Source of the DNA: Trichoplax adhaerens
Taxonomy: Eukaryota > Animalia > Placozoa
Reading direction: 5' to 3'
DNA length: 64,000 bases
Assembly (NCBI RefSeq): GCF_000150275.1
Contig: NW_002060946.1
Span: forward strand, 3,739,454 to 3,803,453
Under the pieces are notes generated by a model. The model saw nothing but the letters and a program-made list of their open reading frames with translations. It had not been told where the DNA came from and ran no database searches. Positions 50,464-61,743 of the stretch are shown here, piece by piece (the first letter of the stretch is position 1; every line of letters begins with the position of its first letter). The position numbers were made by a program, and so were the translations under genes.

Positions 50464-51375
50464 ACCGCTGCCTGGCAAGTTTAGCTTGAATAAACTGAAT
50501 ACGAAAATTTTTATTATTTGAAAATACTTTCGCGATATAAACTAGTACGACTACTGATTTTAATCAATTATTGAAATAGCTGAAATACGCATAGCTTATT
50601 ATTTTATTAATATATTGATGATTTTACTGTTTATATTTATTTAACTGCTTTCAAGATAAAATTATTATCTTATTGTATAAATAAAAGCCATGTCTCAGAT
50701 ATTTTTTTTGCATGTTGGTTTCATCTTTTAGCATTACTGTTACTGCTTGCATACTGAGCGCAACTCGATATTAGTGTGTTGAAAGAAATCCGCATAGCTG
50801 TATACATTAGGCGAGTGGTCAGTATCTCTTAGCAACTTATTGCTAAGTCCTGATCTATTATTTTTTATTCAATTAAGGAACTAAATTGAGCATGATATCA
50901 ATCGGAAGAATAGATGATTATTTGGTGCTTGTAATATGACGAATAATGCAGTCCTGATTTCATTTTCATTTTATTGAATCGATCTACGTATACTTCTTTT
51001 CATTGAAGCACCGATTCAAATTAGTGTACAGTAAATTACAATATCATTACCAACGATCGAAAGTAATTTTAACTTTTATAGTAATATCAGGGATGATGTA
51101 GTTCTGATTTGGTATTACTGAGATGATTTTAGAGGATTGTAGAGGCTTTAGTTTAGAGGCCATGAATCTAAATAAGCCATTTTGATTCTTGCAATTTCAA
51201 ATCTACAACTTGGAAGGCAAAATTGCCATACGGTAGCCTAGCAAATACCCAAACGCTGGCTAGCAATAGTGCTGACAGTAGAGAAGGACCCTCTAGGTAC
51301 CCAATCAGATGTCTTGCGGGCTTACTGAATCTTAGTACGAGTCGTCTGACCATGATTCAGACCAGAAGGCCTCGG

Positions 51376-51452
51376 GTGTACAGTGTACAGTGTACAGTAC
51401 AGACAGTATGGACTGTAAGCGTACCTCAGTCTCATTCCTATAGTGTACTGTA
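51376..51452. repeat. TACAG/CTGTA cluster upstream of the TOX-like gene
   Basis: GTGTACAGTGTACAGTGTACAGTACAGACAGTA...GTGTACTGTA. Confidence 0.7.
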
Positions 51453-53011
51453 TTATGGATTCACACTCTTTCTATTAATTCTATATTGCGCCACTACTGT
51501 TTCAACAGTTTTATTACTTCAAACTCTCCTCGTCCTCAACTTAACATTCAACTGCCTTCGTCCTGGCAGCTAGCCAGCCATTTTTTCCTTGATAGTCGAT
51601 TTATTACTACGATGGAGTCAGTAAAGAGCTTCTTTTCTCTTGCTCTATAGCTGCCAAAAAGTTAATTGGTATACGCATAGGAAGACACGGTATGTTGATG
51701 TATTTTAACTATCATAGAATGGATATGATCGTCTACTATCTATGCGTTGTCGGCTGCGCAGATTTGGATCCTGGAGAATAGTCAATGAATTGATAGAATA
51801 GATCCAAGAAAGTATTTGTTCGTATGATGAAGACGAGCATAAATTGACTTGTATTGCTAATATTCTTGGTTATCTTTTCATTCTTGGATAGTATCTGATC
51901 GAGATAGAGTCATCGTATCGATATGAGCCAGTCTATCTAGTGTTACGATAGTCTTCAGTGTAGTGCCAGCTAATCAACGCATAACTTCAATCATGATTGG
52001 CATTCTAGGAGAGAACAACAATCATAGCACGTTTTGAAGACCTGATTTGCCTGTAGTTATGATCAACAAATCGATTAAAACATTGATCCATGCTATAATT
52101 CTATACTATCGTATCCTCGTGTATTAGCACAGTATTAGTAAATCCTAGAGTGTAGATTGTAGAAGCACAGCCTAAATTAGACAAACGAACATTTGATCTA
52201 GTGATCACTGTAATGATTGAATTAATTAACTATATACGCGTGTATTAAGTATCAATTCGTTGTCTAGCTGTGCATGATCTTATCCGCCTGTATTAATAGA
52301 AGGAAATCATAGATAGTTAGTATAGCTTGAATTTTACGATTTATCCAGGATCACCTTAATGAATCAATCCATTAATGATACGCTAATATCATATCTCGAT
52401 CATCATTTACGACTAGAATCGATCTTGTTTACAATTAGCAATATAACAACGTATGGAATAAACTAGACAAGGATAAGAATTAGCATTTTACATATAGATT
52501 AATCGACAATTAAAATAGAGTATATTATATTTAAGATCTAACTTGCCGTGAGCTATGGTCAATGCATTGATTAAACACTGATTCGTGATATACTGTAGCT
52601 GTGCACTATCTTATCTTCGTTACTTTGTGTATTAAAATTGGCAAATCATAGCTAGTATAAGCATAGCTTAAATTGGATAATTAAAATATTTTATCTCAGG
52701 CCAAATTTAACCAATGAGTTAATATTTACACGTAAACTTTCATACACAGACCATAATTTGCAACTAGAACTGATTCTGTTCATGGCTAGCAATACGATGA
52801 TGGAATTATTAGTCTGGACAAGGATAATAATAATTATTTTGTATTTAGATAAATTAACTCCGTATACTTCCTCTAAGAGCCCATAGCTATAATAGAATAA
52901 TTTGTGCATATTCACAGTAGATTAAATAGACTTTGTAATTGCGGTATTTTTAATGAAAATATTTACAATTACCTACATACCTGTATATTGTAAAATAGAA
53001 GTGGTACAAGC

Positions 53012-55474
53012 ATGGATCTTTCCTGGAACTTGACTGACGGAAATCTAGTCGGTACGACTAGTGATACCTTGCTTGAGAGTATGGATACCAATGATATTAA
53101 TAATACTCCTGTTTTAGCTTCAACATCACTTAACTTGGCTGATATGCCAGAGGTAAGAGAATGCCATCGCTTTGCTTAAATATCCTATATAAATGCAAAT
53201 GAAGGTGTACTGCATCAAGATACCATATATCGTTTATTTCGTTTCCTACATTATGGAAATGTTGCTTAGTTGAACTTAGCTGATAAAATTTGCAATACTA
53301 CGATATACTATCGAAATCAAAAGAACGAGGAATGCATTGCACAGTGTATAATCAAAACTCCCTTAAATTTAATGAGGAAAATCTGAATCATAAAATTCTA
53401 CTATCATACATCCGTTATATGCATAACTTGAATAAGCATATTGATTAAATAAATTGTAATTGATTGGAAATGCAATGCTAGTTGATGCAGCATTATAATT
53501 CCAAAAGAACTAGACTTAACCATCAGTATTGCATTGAATATTAAGCGATATAATTTAGTGAGATGGTATCTACAACGTGGAAATAAAAATAAGTAGCAAC
53601 CATTATTCTTGTTTACTATCGATTCTCGACTCCATTAGTTCGTTATCAATGATAACCAAGCAACATCTAAGCTTTATTTCAATTATTATTTAAAATTGTT
53701 TAGATTATGGATACCTCAACTGATCAATCAAGTTTAATGACAGCAGGGAATAAGCGTTCAATAATTTATGAAACAGACACATTAATGAGCCTTAATTCCA
53801 ACACCATGACCACTGATAGTTTCAATCTTGAAAATAATACAAATTTGTCGAAATTATCGGCAGCAGAACCGCAACAAAGAGCCGATCCACCATCGAAAAA
53901 GATGAAATCTTCAAATGATGAAAACAAGTAGGTCTTTCCTTCCTGTAATTTGAATATTTCTTGTTCTATAGACAGCAATGAGATTACGTACACGTATTAA
54001 TTAATAAAATACCTTGAGTATTTTATTTACGTTAAATTTTCTTCGTTGTCAGTGAGATACCGCTCAATCCCTATCTAGTATTCTTTGCGGAAATGCAGCG
54101 AAAAATCAGAGACAAACGACCTTCGGTAATCTTAGGAATAGTTTTAAATATTATAATAAAATACAATAAAATAATAAACAGCGTGTGCAAATATTCCACT
54201 TATTGATAGATTGATTGATTATAGAATAAAATTTTGATCTTAAGTACTTAAATATTAATCTTGCTTATTATTACTAGATTCTCTTCGATGAATTATCGGA
54301 GATAATTAAACGACAGTGGGCTTCATTAACTGAAGAAGAAAAACAGGTAGATTCACTGTTTGGAGAATCTTTGTTAATCATAAGTGACTCTATAGTTCAG
54401 TAGCTTTTAAAACTAAAAGTTTGGAATCAATCTGAATTTTGTATGATATTTGCAATATAATGGATAGGAATATATTCGTCCATCAAGTGAACAAAGATCG
54501 AATGAATCCATGCAGGTTCCTAATCTGCTAGAGACTGCGGTAACAATTCTGTTGTTCAGTTATTTTGATAACCGCTATTTTCAAAGTTTAATATAATTAC
54601 TTGTATATTATTACTACATTGTAAAGGTAGCAAAAGACAAGTACTAGATTAAATGTCATCAACTGCTGCATTAGTATTCTAATAATATTTTCTACTGTAT
54701 AATTCAAAAAAATCAATGTACATAACGAATTCTGCTTATATAGTTTTGTTTTTCAAGTGGCTTTGATCATCGTTTTCATTGAACCAAAGTACAGTACTGT
54801 ATATTTACTTAATTAAATCGAATATAATCACAATGTACTTTTTGCTCTGCAAATTAATTATTATTAATCGTTATTTTTGAGCTTTGAGATCAACTACAGT
54901 AAAGAATTTGCATTACTTACATTACGCAGGTATGACAATATTTCAATTCAGCTTTTATATTATTATTGCAGACGAATTTAATGACAGAAACTAACGACGA
55001 AGGGTCTGTTACACCAAAAGAGTCAAATCCATCCCCTGAGGTAACACTGACTGTCGTAGCTTTATCATCATGCATTAAGAATCTAAAATATCACTACCTG
55101 ATAATTCGTAATCCTGTTTACCTTGTATAATTTAGTTAATAACTTTCATTCTATCTTAGAAGCAGAAAAATGAAATTGGTGATGATGGCAGTTTAAGATG
55201 TATTCGAGCAGGATGTAACAATATTGCAAGCGGTATACAACTGCGTGGAGGTCCGTTTTGTTGTAGCCGTTGTGTTATAACTCATTGCAGGTATAACTTT
55301 TACAGTAATGTTCACATGGTTAGCGTGATATAATAGGTAATAAATAGCTTATCGACCACATGAAAATTAATGATAACACCGTAACAGTAATAATTTCATT
55401 TTTCCGTTCTTTGCTGCAGAACAATATTCGACGAGTGGGTTAAAGCTCGACAGAGTAATACGTCGTATAGGTGA
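53012..55474 (+). CDS. TOX-family HMG-box protein (divergent), 8 coding exons
   Basis: Exons 53012-53152, 53704-53927, 54053-54125, 54278-54346, 54468-54539, 54972-55040, 55160-55290, 55420-55474 splice in frame. HMG-like PLNPYLVFFAEMQRKIRDKRPSILFDELSEIIKRQWASLTEEEKQEY; C-terminal CIRAGC...FCCSRCVITHCRTIFDEWV resembles the TOX4-type Cys-rich tail (CVRSGC...YCSNECVVKHCRDVFLAWV). A 5' UTR exon probably ends ~51689. Confidence 0.78.
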
Positions 55475-56186
55475 ATCTGATTTGCTAGATGTATTTTAGG
55501 AAACTGTAAACAATTTAATGATGAAACGGCTCTAGCTCCCTTTTTTCTGTACTGTATATGGTCTGTGGCGATGTAATACAATTATAATAACCAAACCCTT
55601 TTCTGTAATTATAAGATGTTTTTAGCGTACAGTACTAAATTATATGATTATATTACGAATAACGCATATATCGCTGTTACTGGCTTGGAATCTGATGTCG
55701 ATTTTATACGATTCAGCACTTCATCGACTAAATATTAATGTGTAACACCGCCGGCATCACATCGATCGATACAATCGCATGACATTGCTGTTCCGCGTTT
55801 GATAATTTATTTCCTTTAGACGTAATAAGTGGATTTAGGATCGCTTTGAGTCTTGATGCACGTGTTCTTGTGTATTATTTACAAACACCCAGTGTTCATG
55901 CTGCCTAATTTATCAATGCAGTATGATTCTATTCATTAGCTTTCAAAAACTAAATATGTTCTTATATGAAAATATACCTAAAATTACTGCAAGGAAATCA
56001 TAATAGGTAGCCGCGACATCTGCAGGTGATATTTGAGAAATAGTTATGAATGATTTAATTTTTATATACTCGTATGGGAAATGATGTAACGAAATTTAAA
56101 TGAAGATTCATACGTATATATACAGTGCATCAACATACAATGCATTTAGTAAGATTTCCGATAAATGAAGTTGTAAACAAATCAAG

Positions 56187-59100
56187 CTAATTTTCCCAGT
56201 TGGTTATTATTTCTGCATGTTTTAGCTTAAATTTGAAATGAACATTAGCTTCATCTGGATTAAAAATAGCATTAAAATAAATATCCCTATCATCTGCAGA
56301 ATTCTGAATATTTTCAGGTTGCGAAAGGATAATAATGCCCTGCTTATAATCTTTACACCATTCAATGGTACCGTGATCGTCATCAGACACCTAAATATGC
56401 AAAGCAACAGTTTACACAGTATCTCGTAACTAGTCTTAAGTTAGATAACGATAAATGCTTTTATAACAAAGATAGTTATTAGTAATAATAGTCGAGCTAC
56501 AGTGCTAGCATTATTTGAAAAATTTAGCTCTGCAGTTTACCTGATTTAATCCTGTAGAAACAACCTCTTCTTCATCAAGGAAGTAGTCTAGCCATATGAC
56601 AATTGCATGACAAATTCCAGACCTAAGTTTCATAAAGAAACTTAGTATAAGGTAATAGAATTAATGACATCTACGAGTATTGCGGCACTTTAAGCTGATA
56701 TATCAATTCAAATACTGCACAGTAGTGAGTATAATACAGAAAGAAGTACTGAAAGCTCCTAACTTATTAGGTTAAGTATCTAGACTTTAAGAAATCGATT
56801 TGATAAGAAAAGAGGATAATTTAGACAAATTGATTATCTTAGTCTTACTAAATACCGTTTAAATTGAAGTTTACCACTGTTTACTACAGTATTCATAGGC
56901 AGAGGCTTAGAAAAATCGAAGCGCAAGAGGTCAAATTTATCAGTTAGTGCCCTGCAAGGGTATTCCCAAAGAGGTATAGCCTCGATCTCGTGATTACAAT
57001 CAGTATTAGGTAACCTAGATTTGACAATCTAAGATTGAAATTATAAATGTTTAACAAAGCTCATCTCAATATAAGGAATAAATATCATTGTAAGATTATA
57101 ATGATAAATAATCTGTTTAATGCTACAAACTGTCTGAGTAATCCAGCTAATATATTAATGTTTAGAGACACTAACATCTAATAGGTCATTGTAACCTCCC
57201 ATAGTAAATCCTTCTACGTCAGAGATCGGCGAACGTAATAACCAATTGTGATCTAATTCTACTACATTGAAATATTGTTTGAATAGGAAATTATTCATTA
57301 AGACAATAAATTAAATACATTCTGAGCTAAAGAAACTGTAATACCTGCTATTGCACGAATAATTGCAAATGCTGGAATGACAGCCACCTTATCGGCCATA
57401 AAATTCTCAAGAGATGTTCTAGCATACCAATACGTATACCAAGAAAATACACTACCACCAAAGTATGGTTCACCTAGTAAAATATCAATCTAGTCGAAAG
57501 AGATACGACAAAATTACTTATTCGTACGTCATAGTATTCTGTAGTATACGTATCGTAAAAAATTTATCAACACCTACTTTGTTACCCAACAAATCATCAC
57601 TTCCAATATCAGCCAGATTTCTTGGAGATATCATGATTTTTTTATTCAATCCATTGGCTCTAACGAGCTATATTAAGATACGAATAACATATCCTTAGAC
57701 TCCCACGAGCAAACCAATGTATGCCTTACTATAGAACCCATAGAATATCAAGATAATTAAAGTTAGATATTACATAATTATAGCTTTTACCTCACGGATA
57801 GTATCTCTTGATTTCTTTGATGACTCAATAGCTATAACCTAGCTCCGTAAGTCCAAAAAATAACGGCTTTATTTCAATCTTACATTCAAATTATGATAAT
57901 AAACATAAATATTTCAGCGTACTTTACGAGCCCCAGCACTTGCAGCCATCAAAGGTAATAAAGATCCATCTCCAACTGATACGCAATGAACATTGAAACT
58001 ATTCTGTATATGCTGTATGAAATAAATTTACAGATAACATCATCTGACGAAAACTGGCCAAAAAATGAAATCTACAGTATTTACCTTTCTAATAACATTG
58101 TAATATTTCCGTTGCTTTTCAACATTATTTAAGCCGGATAACCGCATTTTATCCCAGCATAATTGATGTGAATACTTGTCAACGTCACTAGTTGCATTTG
58201 TTCTTGGGCTACTATATAATATTCTAGATTACCTTTTTATCTAATAGCATTATCCAACCTTGAAGTCAGCTTAATTTTTACAGTACCTTGAGCTTACATT
58301 AAACCAAATGTTGTATTCATCATGTGAAACATCAATAGATATAGATTTTCCTAAATACATGATGACAACTATTCAGAAACACGCGTAATTACTACATTAA
58401 TGTATAAAATTACTTGTTTACACGAACTATTCTTTCTATCCAACCTTTAGTAACTGAGATGGATTGAGGACAGAAGTAGACAGCTTGCATCCAGTGATCA
58501 CGCCACTAGTTAAAAATGTTAAATCATAACACTCGTCACAAAAATTTAGTCAAATCATAAGTTACGTAACGCGATCTGATAATATTACCTGAAGATTATG
58601 ATTAGACTTATTATCAATCCACTTAGGGGCTGTGCTCAGTTCAATATTTCCTTCGCAATCCATCTTTAACACCCACCAAAATAAAAGTCCATGACATACA
58701 CCATCTTCAATTGCTGTAAGTTCCAACGTTCGACGTCCAGAAATTGTAAATTCATTATCTTTCCCCTCAACTCTTCTCACACTCATTTGAGACTTTATAG
58801 GCGAGCAAAAATCAAATCTAATTTTTAAAATTATAGTTATCAATGAGAAATTGTGACTTGTATATTAAGTTTAAACAAGAGGAAGTTCATTGAGTGAGTA
58901 AGTTACATCTTGCGTGCGCACTCTTACGTTAGAGCTTCAATAGGCGAGGTTAATAATTTGATGTCTTTTGGGTATAACTGATCGACGTGCATGCAGAATG
59001 CGGACGAAGGATAAAAATTATTATCTGTAAAACTCTGCGGAACTGCAAACTCCCAATCACAAGATTCAGTTCTCTATTTCCAAGATGCACGAAACATCGT

Positions 59101-60847
59101 CAAATACAATAACGTAGACAATTGTAGAAAATGATTATTAAAACACACTAACTAATTATATTATTCAAGGTTGAAAGTTTAATATTTTAAATGTTTAGAT
59201 TCAATAAGGGTACCTTGACTGGATTTAAATTACAGCACTTTTGCAGAAACTTGCTCTCACATGCCTGAACATATATCTTTGCAGCTGCTGGTACACTAAC
59301 GCAATTAGGCTAAGGTTAAATGTAAACAAAAAAGTAAATACGTAAATTATATCATTTAATATTAAAATAATATGGTAATAAACTTTGATAAAATTTACGC
59401 CATGATATAGATTTGAATTATTCATGTGTTTCATATTTATTTACCTTAACTAGGTTTTGTTGCGCATGCAACATCGTACCAAGGACTCCTTCACCAATAA
59501 GCTCGCTATCAAATATCTCCATCACTATCAAATCAGCTTTGCAACCATCCATATCGTCATCTAGCCAATATACAATAAGAGTATTGATATATTTTATCAT
59601 AAAAATATATTTATTACATGGTAGAAGATAATAACTATATATTACTACTAAATTATATGCATTTTTCATCGGATCGTCTAATTAGGTTTGTTTCCTATTA
59701 TTACAAATTTACGACAATAGCATGTAGAATCAAGATGATACACTAACCAATGTGCATGCATTATAACTAGTAAGAATAAGATATCTACAAGATTGTTATA
59801 ATTGGGATTAGCTATTTAAAGAATTCAATGTAGTCTATGATATAAAGTAAAATGCATATGCTCACATTATTCATAGTATTATACAGTACGATACCTGCTG
59901 TCATTGAAGTTGATCTTTTCTGTATAATTTTGATATTATCTTGATATCGATTTTCAGTTATAATTTTTTGAGCTAATTGAGCCATCGGTTGAAATGCCTG
60001 CGATATGCCAGTTTTTTAATAACATTAAAGTATTAATTCATGTTTATGTGCGTATAGGAAATAGTATATACTATTACCTCACATGCATAGATCTTTTTTG
60101 CACCAGCTCTAGCTGCCATAAGTGCTAATAACCCTGTACCAGTACCGATATCAAGGACATTACATGAAGACGAGGAAGGATTTACATCTAAATAAGCCTG
60201 GACAGCCTTCTGAATTGCTTGATCATATTGAACATTCTGCAAGATTACGATTAGATAACATTATATTGTTTGATATGATTGCTAGAAAGAAGACAGTTTA
60301 GTCTCAAAAATGTATGATTAAATTGCAGACAATAATAAGTTAATTTTATGGCATAACGTACCCTTTCCTTATCGTGTAACATATCTCCATATAGTGACCT
60401 AATAACAATGTATATCATTGTTGCAAGGAGAGAACAGAGTATATTGATTATTAGCGAGCTACACTTGTTAGAATATCCACAATTATAATGAATGAGATAA
60501 TTTACAAATCATTCTTGATGGAGAGTACTGTACGTCAATATTATTCCATATATACAATACCGTGAAATTTCCAGATAGTAATCGTGGTCATCTTCTTGTT
60601 TAACCCACTCCAACTGACCAGTTTGTTGATTCATTCTACCTACAAAGTTAGACATTATTCGGCTGGGAATAACCTTTCTATTTGCAGAACTCTTAAGCAA
60701 GTTGAAGACAATAATGCTAGATGTTGGTGTTGCAAAGCAGCTTGCATGTGTTGTATATATATGCCTTAATGGGCTTAATGCATGCCTTGGTATTGCAAAT
60801 CCTTTGCCGATTTTGATGAGAGATCGTAACAGGGTATTAGTAGTCAT
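56187..60847 (-). CDS. PRMT7: Protein arginine N-methyltransferase 7 (tandem PRMT modules), multi-exon, with upstream in-frame extension
   Basis: MSNFVGRMNQQTGQLEWVKQEDDHDYYLEISR-SLYGDMLHDKERN; motif I VLDIGTGTGLLALMAARAGAKKIYACE; double-E loop LIVMEIFDSELIGEG; FWWVLKMD..LSTAP; WRDHWMQAVY; HDEYNIWF; second module with VGDGSLL and GEPYF; TAG at 56189-56187. The conserved start is ATG 60655; an in-frame upstream ATG lies at 60847. Confidence 0.94.
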
Positions 60848-61269
60848 ATAATAACAGTACTAAAAGATTATCACTGTCGATTTTGACCATGAATTTGGCA
60901 AAACTGGTAGGTCCGCCAAAATTGACGAGCTGCAATCAACTTGAGCTTTTGCAAATGAACTATGCAATCTATAGCATATAATTTCCTTGTCAATGGCATA
61001 ATAGTCTCCGTGACGCTTGGGTATCGATACTACCTGTAGTATCGAAACGCCATAGTATAGAACGAGTAGCGTGCAAATCATAGTAAATATACTAAGGCAA
61101 TGACTAGCATTTATTGTAGAATAAGATTAATAGGTGAGCTACTCAAACAAGACCAATGGCATAGTCAATATTAGTTAATACGGTAATATAAATTACGCTG
61201 GCATAACTCGCGTGCATACGAGCATCGTCCTATGTCTATTGAGCATGCTCATTTACATCAAGCTCAATG

Positions 61270-61313
61270 ATTGGCTAGAATGGAAAGTCCGCTTCATTTG
61301 AAAGCCGTTGAAA
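61270..61313 (+). promoter_or_regulatory. Candidate CCAAT, CDE/CHR and Myb element in the PRMT7 / Borealin divergent promoter
   Basis: ATTGG (61270-61274); GTCCGC-TTCA-TTTGAA (CHR at 61297-61302), AG, CCGTTG (61305-61310). Confidence 0.5.
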
Positions 61314-61743
61314 CTACATAACCTTAATTGTACTAGTTTACAGGGTAACTACTTAAACAATACTATACATTTTATACTATCATCAGTTATCATAGCACTA
61401 GGATTGGGTTTAGATAGCAAATTCTTTACCTACAGCAATACTGTAATGAGGGTAGTGCACAAAATGATTGAAAACGACGTAATAGACAGTCTCAAAACAT
61501 TCATCTAAATAAAGTAGACAGTATGAAATCTAGACCTCTCAGCGATACCATACTGACGAGGTAACAGCGGCCAATGTCGCGGGCTAATCTTGTTATTCTG
61601 CCACGATCGAGAAAATCTCATCACAACATCCAGAGTGCATCTAGACTTGGCAAGCTTAACTTCCTCTGCTAATATTATTATTAGTTGTATATTAATAGTA
61701 CACGGAGATCTTGAGATTTAAAACTAATACATAGATAATCCAA

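Noticed and set aside
57689-57696. ATATCCTT as another U12 donor
   Set aside because: It is on the + strand inside a minus-strand PRMT7 intron, so the orientation is wrong.
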